Shown here: one piece after another, positions 41,912-51,558 of the stretch
How positions within the stretch are numbered: position 1 is the stretch's first letter
How the letters are laid out: each line of letters starts with the position of its first letter
Source of the DNA: an uncultured Thermoleophilia bacterium
GTDB taxonomy: Bacteria; Actinomycetota; Thermoleophilia; Gaiellales; Gaiellaceae
Reading direction: 5' to 3'
Length of the DNA: 64,000 nt
Assembly (NCBI GenBank): GCA_963725595.1
Contig: CAVRYT010000001.1
Coordinates: forward strand, 248,032-312,031
Made by a program: the position numbers and the translations under genes
The notes under the pieces: generated by a model
Told to the model about the DNA's origin: nothing
Database searches by the model: none
Seen by the model: only the letters and a program-made list of their open reading frames with translations

Positions 41912-42301
41912 GTGGGAGATCCGCTTCGCGCAGCCGGCGGGTTCGTCGTTCGCGGCGGGCGGGTGCTCGTCGTCCACCGTCCCAAGTACGACGACTGGGC
42001 GTTCCCGAAGGGCAAGCTCGAGAACGGCGAGTCGTGGGAGGAGGCGGCCGCGCGCGAGGTCGAGGAGGAGACCTCGCTGCGGTGCACGCCGGGCGAGTAC
42101 ATCGGCTCGACTCACTACGAGCTTCGTGAGGGCGTGAAGGAGGTGCGGTACTTCCGGATGTCGTGCGAGGGTGAAGCGACGCCGCAGAACGAGGTGGACG
42201 AGCTGCGCTGGATCACCGCGTCCGAGGGCGCCGTGCTCCTTTCCTACGAGTACGACCGCGCGCTGCTCGAAAGGGGTGTCAGACACCTTCTAGGTGTCTG
42301 A
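41912..42301 (+). CDS. NUDIX hydrolase
   Basis: Nudix box: FPKGKLENGESWEEAAAREVEEETSL. The last 8 codons and the stop lie inside repeat copy 3. Confidence 0.8.
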   Translation: MGDPLRAAGGFVVRGGRVLVVHRPKYDDWAFPKGKLENGESWEEAAAREVEEETSLRCTPGEYIGSTHYELREGVKEVRYFRMSCEGEATPQNEVDELRWITASEGAVLLSYEYDRALLERGVRHLLGV

Positions 42302-42305
42302 CACC
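42275..42305. repeat. nested-palindrome repeat, copy 3 (core only), between convergent genes
   Basis: GGTGTCAGACACC-TTCTA-GGTGTCTGACACC. Contains the stop codons of both flanking genes. Confidence 0.8.
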
Positions 42306-42796
42306 AGGGTCTTGCGGTAGCGCAGCTCCGGCGCACTCACACCCAGCCGCTCGAACGACTTCTCGGCTCCGTCGGCGGTCCACCCGAACGACTCGTAGAA
42401 CCGCCGGGCCCGCGGGTTCGCCTCGAGCACCCAGAGCGTCGCCTCCCGGTAGCCGGCCCGGAGCAGCTCCTCCGCACGGAGGATCAGGGCTCGGCCGGCG
42501 CCGGTCGACCACTCAAGGGGATCGACGTAGATCGCGTACAGCTCGCCGACGGCGTCCTCGTCACGGCTCGGGCCGATCGACGCGAAGCCGACGACGCGGG
42601 CGGCGGCGGCCACCGCGACGACTGTGGCCCAGCCGTCGGGCGGCGCCGCCAGGCGGACGGCCCAGCGGACCGGATCGATCGGCATCGCGTCGAGGTCGTC
42701 GGCGGGGAAGACGTGGCGGTAGGCGACCCGCCAGCCGTGAACGCGGATCGTCTCGATCGCGAGGGCGTCCCTCTCGGTCGCGGGCCGTACCTCCAT
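42290..42796 (-). CDS. GNAT family N-acetyltransferase
   Basis: ELYAIYVDPLEWSTGAGRALI, NPRARRFYESFGW. Confidence 0.85.
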   Translation of the reverse strand: MEVRPATERDALAIETIRVHGWRVAYRHVFPADDLDAMPIDPVRWAVRLAAPPDGWATVVAVAAAARVVGFASIGPSRDEDAVGELYAIYVDPLEWSTGAGRALILRAEELLRAGYREATLWVLEANPRARRFYESFGWTADGAEKSFERLGVSAPELRYRKTLVSDT

Positions 42797-42835
42797 GCGT
42801 CCGCGAAGGGTACGGCCCGATGCCGTCGGTCTTCG

Positions 42836-43060
42836 CTACGACGGCTCCGTCTGGCGGAGCCGCCGGAGGAGCGCGAGCAGCTCCTCGCTCAGGTCGGCGT
42901 CGGCGAGCTCCTCGATCGCGTCGAGCTTGCGCGGGTCGGCCGCGGCCGCAAACGCCGCGTCGATCCTCGCCCAGCCTTCCTCGACAGGGAGGGCTGGGAA
43001 CAGCAGCTTTCGTACCTCGTCGAGGTCCCGCGAGCGCCCGGCCCGACCACTGTCTGCCAT
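42836..43060 (-). CDS. hypothetical protein (74 aa)
   Basis: ORF with genome-typical codon bias, 40 nt upstream of the GNAT gene. I recognise no motif. Confidence 0.4.
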   Translation of the reverse strand: MADSGRAGRSRDLDEVRKLLFPALPVEEGWARIDAAFAAAADPRKLDAIEELADADLSEELLALLRRLRQTEPS

Positions 43061-43142
43061 GCGCGGACTCTGCGGTCCTCACCCTTTTGGGTCATCAGAC
43101 CTTCGGCTCGGTTGGGGCTTTCCGACCGGCTAGGTTGTCGGC

Positions 43143-43973
43143 GTGCTCGAGCACGTCCTCGTCGTCGGCGCCGGCCAGATGGGCGCCGGGATCGCGCAGG
43201 TCGTCGCCGCCTCCGGGCGGCGCGTCTCGCTGCACGATCCGTACCCCGGTGCCGTCGACCGCGGCCTCACCGTGATCCGCTCGAGCCTCGACAGGCTCGC
43301 GGCGAAAGGGGGCGCGGATCCCGAGGCGACGCTTGCACGGATCTCCGCCGTCGACGAGCTGGTCGGGGCCGACCTGCTGATCGAGGCGATCACCGAGAAC
43401 GCCGCGGCGAAGGAGGAGCTCTTCCGGCACGCCGACGCGACGCTGCCGCCGCACGCGATCCTCGCCTCGAACACGAGCTCGATCCCGATCACCTCGCTCG
43501 CCGCCGTCACGTCGCGGCCGGAGCAGGTGATCGGGATGCACTTCTTCAACCCGGTGCCGGTGCTCGCGCTCGTCGAGGTGATCCGCGCGCTCCAGACCTC
43601 GGACGAGACGGCCGCTGCGATCGTCGCGCTCGCCCGCGACCTCGGGAAGGAGCCGGCGGAGGCGCGCGACTTCCCAGGCTTCGTCTCGAACCGGATCCTG
43701 ATGCCTTTCGTGAACGAGGCGGCCTACGCGCTCCTGGAAGGAGTCGCCACCGCCGAGTCGATCGACACGATCGCGAAGCTCGGGTTCGCGCACCCGATGG
43801 GGCCGCTCCGGCTCGCCGACCTGATCGGGCTCGACACCTGCGTCGCGATCATGGAGGTGCTGCAGCGCGGGCTCGGCGACCCGAAGTACGCGCCGTGCCC
43901 GCTGCTACGCCAGTACGTCCAGGCCGGCCGCCTCGGCCGCAAGTCGGGCCGCGGGTTCTTCGAGTACGCGTAG
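43143..43973 (+). CDS. hbd: 3-hydroxybutyryl-CoA dehydrogenase
   Basis: VVGAGQMGAGIAQV, SNTSSIPIT, HFFNPVPV, GFVSNR, PMGPLRLADLIGLD. Confidence 0.9.
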   Translation: MLEHVLVVGAGQMGAGIAQVVAASGRRVSLHDPYPGAVDRGLTVIRSSLDRLAAKGGADPEATLARISAVDELVGADLLIEAITENAAAKEELFRHADATLPPHAILASNTSSIPITSLAAVTSRPEQVIGMHFFNPVPVLALVEVIRALQTSDETAAAIVALARDLGKEPAEARDFPGFVSNRILMPFVNEAAYALLEGVATAESIDTIAKLGFAHPMGPLRLADLIGLDTCVAIMEVLQRGLGDPKYAPCPLLRQYVQAGRLGRKSGRGFFEYA

Positions 43974-44762
43974 CGCGTCGACAGTGGCGGCGTACACGTC
44001 GTCGTCGATCGAGTACACGCTCGTGAAGTCCACGGCGCCGTTCAGCTCGAGCACCACCCACGTGCCGATGTCGGCCGGCACGAGGTCGACGCCCACGAGG
44101 TCGGCGCCGATCGCGGCAGCCGCGGACAGCGCGACCGAGCACGCGTCGAACGGCGGCGCGACAGGCTCCCTCCGGGCGCCGAGCGCGACGTTCGTCCGCC
44201 ACTCGCCGGGCGCAGCGACGCGGCGCACCGCCCCGACGACCCTCCCGCGCGCGACGAGCAGGCGCAGGTCGTAGCCCCTCGGGGTCACGAGCCGCTGGGC
44301 GATCGCCCCCGTCGCCTGGTACCACGGCCGAGACGGCAGCTCGCCGAGCGTGTGCGCGATCGCGTCCTCGTCGTCGCAGCGGGTGACGTCGCGGCCCCAG
44401 GAGCCGAAGCGCGGCTTGAAGACGAGCGGCGGGAGGAGCTCCGGCAGCGGCAGCCACGGCGCGACGTGCACCGTCCTCGGATGCGGGACGCCGGCGGCGA
44501 AGAGCGCCGCCGCGGTTGCGAGCTTGTCGTGCGCCGCGACGAGCGTGCGGCGGCCGTTGAGGACGCGTACGCCGGAGGCCGCAAGGCGCTCGAGCGTCCA
44601 GAGGCCCGGCTCGACGCCGTCCAGCGTCTCGAGCACGTCCAGCCGGCCCAGCGCGACGTCGCCCGGCCGGAGGCGGTTGAGTGCCTGGGCCGGAGTCAGC
44701 ACCGGCCCGAGTCGCGTGTTCGTGGGCGTGACTCGATGGGCGACCAGCGCGAAGAGGCTCAT
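43905..44762 (-). CDS. RimK-like ATP-grasp family protein
   Basis: HDKLATAAALFAAGVPHP, LVFKPRFGSWGRDV, DLRLLV, LELNGAVDF. The 3' end overlaps the hbd 3' end by 69 nt. Confidence 0.65.
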   Translation of the reverse strand: MSLFALVAHRVTPTNTRLGPVLTPAQALNRLRPGDVALGRLDVLETLDGVEPGLWTLERLAASGVRVLNGRRTLVAAHDKLATAAALFAAGVPHPRTVHVAPWLPLPELLPPLVFKPRFGSWGRDVTRCDDEDAIAHTLGELPSRPWYQATGAIAQRLVTPRGYDLRLLVARGRVVGAVRRVAAPGEWRTNVALGARREPVAPPFDACSVALSAAAAIGADLVGVDLVPADIGTWVVLELNGAVDFTSVYSIDDDVYAATVDALRVLEEPAARLAAEAAGLDVLA

Positions 44763-44933
44763 GGCGGAATGGTCGACGGCGCACGCTCCGAGCGGAAGGG
44801 GTCGGACCGAGGTCGACCCACCATCGTCGCCGCTTCGTAACCCCCCGGCCGGGCCGCCCGCACTACGGTCGTCCGCAACCAAGCTGCGCTCTGCACACGT
44901 GGGCCCGGCGCGGGGTTGCCTGGGGGCATGAGG

Positions 44934-44981
44934 CAGACGGTCCCGGAGAGCTCTGAGGGGAACCTCTCCGGGAGCCGTCTG
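44934..44981. other. long imperfect hairpin in a divergent intergenic region
   Basis: CAGACGGTCCCGGAGAG ...13 nt... CTCTCCGGGAGCCGTCTG, a stem of about 17 bp with one bulge. Confidence 0.3.
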
Positions 44982-45012
44982 TCACAGGTGTGAACACCCC
45001 TAGGATGGGTGA

Positions 45013-46427
45013 ATGCGCGAGACGCTCGAGCGCGAGCTGAAGCTCGACGTCGACCCGGCGTTCGAGCTGCCCCCTTCGAGGGCGAGCCGCTCGCCGACCG
45101 CGTCTTCACCTCGACGTACCACGACACGCCCTCCGGCTCACTCGGACGCGCGGGCATGACCCTTCGCCGTCGCGTCGAGAACGGCCTGTCGCTGTGGCAG
45201 CTCAAGCTCCCCCGCGGCGGCGATGCCCGGGCCGAGCTCGAGGCGCCGGGCGGCCCCGCCGGCCCGCCGCCCGAGCTCGAGCGGCTGTTGAAGGCGCACC
45301 TCCGCCACGGCCCGCTCCGGCCGGTGGCGACGCTCCGGACACGTCGCTCGGGCGTGCGGGTCGCGGACGGTGGCCGCCTCGTCGCCGACGTCACCGTCGA
45401 CGCCGTCGACGTGCTCGACGCCGGCCGCTCGGCGGGCGGGTTCGTCGAGCTCGAGGCGGAGCTCGTGGACGGCGACGAGCGCGACCTCGAGCGGCTCGGC
45501 CGCACCCTCCGGAAGGCGGGGGCCCGCAAGGGAGACGGTCGGCCGAAGCTGATGCGCGTGCTCGAGCCCGGCGGTGGGGAGGAGCCTCAGGCGATCGGCT
45601 CGACGCTCGGCGCGCAACTCCGTCACCTGCTGCTCGCTCAGCTCCTGGAGATCGAGGCGCGGGATCCGGGGGTCCGCGTCGGGGGCGATCCTGAGGACGT
45701 GCACCGGTTCCGCGTCGCGACGCGACGAACGCGGGCAGTCATCCGCGCCACCCGCCCGCTGCTCGGAGAGCAGCTGGCGACGCTCGGCGCAGAGTTGAAG
45801 TGGCTCGCGCAGCTGCTCGGCGCGGTCCGCGACCTCGACGTGCTGATCGAGCGCCTCGAACCGGAGGTCGAGAAGCTCGACGCGGACGAGCCGGGGGGAC
45901 GCGCGTTGCTGGCCGGGCTCGAGCGCGAGCGTGAGTCCCGGCGCGCCCACCTGCTCGAGGCGCTCGACACCGACCGCTACCTCACGCTCCTGCGCAGCTT
46001 CGAGGACGCGATCCTGGCCCTGCCCGCGCTCGACGGCGGTGACGGCGCTCACGCGATCGCCGCGCATGCCCTGCGCCGGCTGCGGAAGGCCGCGGGAGAG
46101 CTGCCCGCCCGGCCCACCGACGCCGAGCTGCACGCCCTTCGCATCAAGGCGAAGCGCGCGCGCTACGCGGCCGAGCTCGCCGCCCTCGGCGGGGACAGGC
46201 TCGTCGACCGTTATGTCGACGCGCTGAAGGACCTCCAGGACGTGGTCGGCGAGCACCAGGACCTCGTCGTCGCCGAGGGCACGCTCCGCGGCCTCGCGCG
46301 CGCGAAGAGCGCCGCGGCGGCCGGGCGGTTGATCGAGCGCGCCCGGGCCCGCCGGGTCGCGCTCCGGGCCGCCTATCCGGCCGTGCTCGAGACCGCGCTC
46401 GAGCGCGGCGCCAAGGCGCTGTCCTGA
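45013..46427 (+). pseudogene. CYTH-CHAD two-domain protein (triphosphate tunnel + polyP-granule-associated CHAD), one frameshift at the C5 run 45070-45074
   Basis: ATG 45013 gives MRETLERELKLDVDPAFELP. The sequence then continues in the frame of ORF 45009..46427 (PFEGEPLADRVFTSTYHDTP...). The CHAD part has VHRFRVATRRTRA and LHALRIKAKRARY. Confidence 0.75.
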
Positions 46428-46433
46428 CGGCCC

Positions 46434-47330
46434 TCAGGCCGCGAGCGTCTCTGCGGCCAGCTCGAGCAGGACGCCCTCACGGAGGCCGCCGCGCACGACC
46501 TTCAGCGGCGCGCCCAGCACGCGCTGGAGCCCCGAGAGGATCGCGCAGCCGCCGGGGAGGGTCTGCGCGCGCTCGGGCCTCATGTCGAAGCGCTTTGCGA
46601 TCTCGTCTGCCGGCGTGACGGCGAGGAGCTCGAGCGCGTGCTCCAACTCGTCCTCGCCGAGGCGCGAGCCGACGATGCGCTTGACGCCGCGCGCGCTGCC
46701 GCCGACCGCGAACGCCGTCCGTGGGAGCGGCGGCGCGAAGCCGTCGAGGTAGTGCTCGACCTCGGCCCGTGCGGCACCGACGGCGGCGCGGCCCGGCGGG
46801 TCGTCGGAGAGCAGCCGGCTCGTCAGCCGCTGCGCGCCGAGGTCGACCGACCGCGTCCACTGCGGGCCGTCCCGGCGCGTCCCGACGACGACCTGTGCGG
46901 AGCCGCCGCCGACGTCGACGACCGCGACGCCGCCTGCCCGGGGGCGGTGCAGCCGAGTCCATCGCGCCGACGAACGCGAGCCGTCCCTCCTCCGCGGCGC
47001 TGAGGATGCGCGTCGGCTCGGATGACGCCGCGGCGAGCGCCGCCAGCAGCTCCTCGCCGTTCGCCGCCTGCCGGCCCGGGCTCGCGATCAGCACCTCGAG
47101 CCGCTGCGCGCCTGCGGCACGCGCGTCGTTCGACGTAGCGCTCGACGCAGCGCGGCCACGAGCTCGAGCTTTTCGGCCGAGATGGCGCCGAGCCGTTCGA
47201 CGTCCGCTCCGAGGCGCAGCATCTCGCGCTCGGTGAGGAGCGTCCGGTCGCCCCGCGTGACGAGCAGGCGCACGGTGTTCGACCCGACGTCGACGACCCC
47301 GACCACAGCCTGATGGTGACGACCCCACAC
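46434..47330 (-). pseudogene. ppx: Ppx/GppA-family exopolyphosphatase, multiple frameshifts
   Basis: Fragments lie in different frames: VGVVDVGSNTVRLLV, AQRLEVLIASPGRQAANGEELL...ILSAAEEGRLAFVGA, and the C-terminus EIAKRFDMRPERAQTLPGGCAIL. Confidence 0.75.
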
Positions 47331-47341
47331 GACGGAGTGTG

Positions 47342-49443
47342 TCTAGTGCCCGCGCGCGATACGCCGCGCGCGCTCGCGTCGTCGCATGAACGACGAGCTG
47401 TGCGGAGCGCCGCCGTTCGGTCTTCTTCGGGGTGACTCGCGACCACGAGCCGTCCGGCCCGAGCTCCCACGCCTGCGAGTTGTCGGCCAGAAGCGCTTTG
47501 AGGATCGACTCGATCTCGTCGCGCACGTGCGCGTCCTCGACCGGGACGACGACCTCGATCCGGTGGTCGAGGTTGCGCGGCATCAGGTCGGCGCTACCGA
47601 GCAGGTACGTCTTCTCGTCGCCCGCCTCGAAGCAGTAGAGGCGGCTGTGCTCGAGGAAGCGCCCGAGGATCGAGCGCACGCGGATCCGGTCGCTCACGCC
47701 CTCGACGCCGGGCAGCAGCGTGCAGATCGGCCCGCACGATGATGTCGATCTCGGCGCCTGCCTGCGAGGCCTTGTAGAGCTCCTCGATGACCTCGGGATC
47801 GGTGAGGTTGTTGCACTTGAACCGGATCCGCGCGTGCTTGCCCGCCTCGGCCGCGCTGCCGACCTCGCGGATGTGCTCGACCAGCCGCTTGCGCAGGTTG
47901 AACGGCGCGACGAGCAGCTTGCGGAAGCGCTGCGGGCGGCCGAAGCCGGTGACGAAGTTGAAGAGGTCGGCGACGTCGGCGGCGATGTCCGGGTCGGCGG
48001 TGAAGAGACCGACGTCCTCGTAGATACGCGCGGTCGTCGCGTGGTAGTTGCCGGTGCCGATGTGGACGTAGCGGCGCAGCTCGTCGCCCTCGCGCCGGAT
48101 CACGAGCGTCGTCTTCGCGTGGATCTTCATGTCCGGGAAGCCGTAGACGACGTGGACGCCGGCCTGCTCGAGCGCGCGCGCCCACTCGATGTTCCGCTGC
48201 TCGTCGAAGCGCGCCTTCAGCTCGACGACGCAGACGCTCTGCTTGCCGTTCTCGGACGCCTCGATCAGCGCCGGCGCGATCGCGGAGTCGTGGCTCGTGC
48301 GGTACACGGTCGTCTTCAGCGTCACGACGTGCGGATCGTTCGCCGCGGCCTGCACGAACGCCTCGACGCTCGTCGCGAACGAGTCGTAGGGATGCTGGAC
48401 GACGATGTCGCGGCGGGCGATCTCGGCGAACAGCTCGTCCGTCGTGCTGCGTCGCGAGCCGGCGCTGCGTGAACGGCACCCACGGCTCGTACTTCAGGTC
48501 GGGCCGGTCGAGTCGAATACAGCTGGGTGACGTCGGCCAGGTCGAGCAGGCCGCGGATCGGGTAGACCTGGTCGTGGGCGGACGCCGAGGCGCTCCTCGC
48601 AGGCGCGACAGCATCTCGTGCGAGTCAGGAGCTCGACACCTCGAGCCGCACGACGGCGCCGAACCGGCGCTTCTGCAGCTCCGACTCGACCGCCTCGAGC
48701 AGGTCGTCCGCGTCGTCGGAGATCTCGGTGTCGCCGTCGCGCGTCAGCCGGAACGCGACGCGCTCGACGATCTCCATCTCGGGGAAGAGCCGGTCGAGGA
48801 AGTGGGCGATCACGTTCTCGAGCGGGATGCGCAGGCCGCGGTGACCGATCGCGACGAAGCGCGGCGAGGCCCTCGGGCACCTTGACGCGCGCGAAGCGCT
48901 CCTCGCCCGCCTCGGGGTCGCGCACGAGCACGCCGAGGCTGAGCGAGAGCCCCGAGATGTAGGGGAACGGCTGGCCGGGCCCGACGGCGAGCGGTGTCAG
49001 CACCGGGAAGATCTGGCTGAGCGAAGACGTGCTCGAGCTCCTTCCGCTCCTCGTCGGTCGCGTCGTCGACGGTGCCGACGAGGATCCCCTCGGCGGCGAG
49101 CGCGGGGCAGAGGTCGTCGCGCCAGAGCGTCGGTCTGCGCCGCCGTCAGGTCGAGTGCACGCGCTCGCGGATCGCGTCCAGGGTCTGCTGCGGCGTACGC
49201 CCGTCCGGCCGAGCACGGACGCAGCCCGACGCGACCTGGTCGAGCAGGCCCGCGACGCGGACCATGAAGAACTCGTCGAGGTTCGACGAGACGATGCCGC
49301 AGAACTTGACGCGCTCGAGCAGCGGCTCGTCCGGTGTCCGCCGCGAGCTCGAGCACGCGCCTGATCAGGTCGAGCTGGGAGAGCTCGCGGTTCAGGAACG
49401 GCGCAGGCGGCAGTGCATGGTCGAGCTCTTTGGTCGTCGCCAT
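47342..49443 (-). pseudogene. ppk: polyphosphate kinase 1, at least six frame switches
   Basis: PPK1 fragments lie on five listed ORFs in all three minus frames: FLNRELS..., [37 protein letters not shown], the KTTVYRTS...HAKTTLV...GTGNYH block, and GRFLEHSRLYCF...GSADLMPRNLDHRIEVV. Confidence 0.8.
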
Positions 49444-49468
49444 TGGGGGTCAAGCATCTCCGAACGCT

Positions 49469-49497
49469 GGTGAACGATGGGTTTCGGTTTGGTTACC
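49469..49497 (-). promoter_or_regulatory. PHO-box-like direct repeats upstream of ppk (divergent from uppP)
   Basis: Minus strand GTAACCA-n4-GAAACCC-n3-GTTCACC. The 3' unit ends 26 nt before the ppk ATG. Confidence 0.4.
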
Positions 49498-49770
49498 CGG
49501 CCGGTCTTTCCGGGCCGATCCGTATCCTGTACGCGATGCGGAACGACCGACTCCTCGTGGCCGCTCGCGGTTCTGGCCGGGATCGCTCTGATCGTGATCG
49601 CCGGCGTGTACTGGGCCGAACCGGCGAAGTCGCTGCCGGGCTTCTTCCCGGGGCACACGGCCGGCTCCGGCCACCACCACGTGAAGCACGGCATCGCGGC
49701 GTTCCTCGTCGGGCTCGCATGCTTCGTCGTTCGCGTGGTTCCGGAGCGGGCCGAAGCGCACAGCGGCCAC

Positions 49771-50646
49771 GTGATCCTCGCCTCGCTGATCTCCTATCCC
49801 GCAGGCGATCGTCCTCGGGACTGCTGCAGGGTGTCTCCGAGCTCTTCCCGATCTCGAGCCTCGGCCACAGCGTGATCCTCCCGCGGCTGCTCGGCTGGAA
49901 CATCCACCAGAACGACCCGTACTTCCTCACGTTCCTCGTCGCGACGCACCTCGCGACCGCGATCGTGCTGCTCGGGTTCTTCTGGCGCGACTGGGTGCGG
50001 ATCGTGCAAGGGCATCGGCCGCTCGCTCCGCGACCGGGAGATCGCCGCCGACGACACCGACGCGAAGCTCGGCTGGCTGCTCGTCGTGGGCACGATCCCG
50101 GCCGGCGTGATCGGGCTCACGCTGCAGGACACGCTGCGCAAGGGTTTCGCCAAGCCGACCGAGGCGGCGATCTTCCTCGCGCGTCAACGGCGTCCTGCTC
50201 TGCAGCGGCCGAGGTGCTCCGGCGGCGTGCGCCGCAGGTCGAGGCGGACGACGATGCGCGCATCGCACGCCAGATGGGATGGGGGAGCGCGTTCGGCGTC
50301 GGCGCGGCTCAGTCGCTCGCGCTCATCCCCGGCTTCTCGCGTTCGGGCGCGGCGATGGGGGGCGGGCTCCTCGTTCGGGCTCTCGAACAAGGACGCCGCC
50401 CGCTTCGCGTTCCTGCTCGCGACGCCGATCATCGGGGCGGCAGCGCTGCTCAAGCTGCCCGAGCTCCTCGGCAGCCAGGGCGACGGGGTTCGCGGGCAGG
50501 CGCTCGTCGGCGCGCTCGGTGCCGCCGTCACCGCCTACCTCGCCGTGCGCTTCCTGATGCGGTTCTTCGAGACGAACACGCTGATCCCGTTCGCGGTCTA
50601 CTGCCTACTTGCCGGGATCGGCTGCACGATCTACTTCGTCAGCTGA
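49771..50646 (+). pseudogene. uppP: undecaprenyl-diphosphate phosphatase (BacA/UppP), multiple frameshifts
   Basis: Fragments: QAIVLG / LLQGVSELFPISSLGHS...FLVATHLATAIVL / GTIPAGVIGLTLQD / GVGAAQSLALIPGFSRSGAAM / AARFAFLLATPIIGAAALLK...ETNTLIPFAVYC, spread over three frames. Confidence 0.7.
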
Positions 50647-50727
50647 ACCCGCCAGGTGGTGAACGCCTGGTGGCGAGCTGGAGATCTGGCGAGAGAAACG
50701 GCGAAGAGCAGGGAATACTGCTCGTGG

Positions 50728-51429
50728 ATGCCCACGAAGCAGAGCCCACTCCTTTGCGAGCTGCACTCCCACACGCGCTGGAGCGACGGCGACCTGACGC
50801 CGCGGGAGCTCTGCGACCTGTACGGGCGGCTCGGCTTCGACGTCCTCGCGATCACCGACCACTCGACGCGGTCGGAGCGCGAGGTCCACTCCGGGAACCA
50901 CGCCGCCTACCTCGCCGAGGTGGAGGCCGAGGCGGCACGCGCGCGACGGCTCTACGGCCTGCTCGTCATCCCGGGCCTCGAGCTCACCTACGACGACCCC
51001 GATCCGCTCGAAGCGGCACATGTCGTGGCCGTCGGGCTGCGCGACCACATCGATCTCTCCTCCGGCCTCGAGTCTGCGCTCGCCGCTGCGCGCGCGCATG
51101 GGGCGGCGCTCGTCGCCGCCCACCCGTACACGCCCGCCGAGCTGGCCGGAGCGACACGCGGCACCGCCGCGTTCGGCGCCCGGCCGGCGCTGCGACGGCT
51201 GGTCGACCGCTTCGAGCTCTTCAACAGGCACACGCTGTTCGGCTGGGTCGCGGCCGCCGGGCATCCCGCGATCGCGACCGGCGACTTCCACCGCCTCGAG
51301 CACCTGGCCGGCTGGAAGACGCTCCTGCCGTGCTCCAAGGACGAGCACGCGGTCGTGCGCTACTTGCGCTCGCCGAGGCCGGCGTACCTCGTGCAGCTCG
51401 GTGAGCTCGACGCGCGCCTCGCGGCGTAG
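50728..51429 (+). CDS. PHP-domain metal-dependent phosphoesterase
   Basis: CELHSHTRWSDGDLTP, DVLAITDHS, HVVAVG. ATG 50728 is preferred and GTG 50656 is possible. Confidence 0.7.
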   Translation: MPTKQSPLLCELHSHTRWSDGDLTPRELCDLYGRLGFDVLAITDHSTRSEREVHSGNHAAYLAEVEAEAARARRLYGLLVIPGLELTYDDPDPLEAAHVVAVGLRDHIDLSSGLESALAAARAHGAALVAAHPYTPAELAGATRGTAAFGARPALRRLVDRFELFNRHTLFGWVAAAGHPAIATGDFHRLEHLAGWKTLLPCSKDEHAVVRYLRSPRPAYLVQLGELDARLAA

Positions 51430-51453
51430 GCGAGCGCGGCGCGCCACCACTCC

Positions 51454-51470
51454 GTTACGGAGGGTTCACC
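51454..51470 (+). promoter_or_regulatory. PHO-box-like direct repeats upstream of the phosphoesterase gene
   Basis: GTTACGG-agg-GTTCACC, about 90 nt upstream of ATG 51559. Confidence 0.35.
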
Positions 51471-51558
51471 GACCCGCCCCCCGCGGACGCGCGTTCGGTC
51501 CGGAGAATCGACGCGTCATCGTCCTGCGTTGTGGGAGGGGGAACGAATCGTGAGAGCC

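Noticed and set aside
42290-43060. GNAT gene plus upstream 74-aa ORF as a TacT/TacA-type toxin-antitoxin pair.
   Set aside because: The small protein shows no RHH or DUF1778-like features and is separated by 40 nt. The GNAT looks like an ordinary small-molecule acetyltransferase.
46477-47697. The 406-aa ORF 46477..47697(-) as a single gene.
   Set aside because: Only its first roughly 105 residues are meaningful (PPK1 C-terminus). The rest is an out-of-frame read through the ppx region. It is a by-product of the frameshifts.
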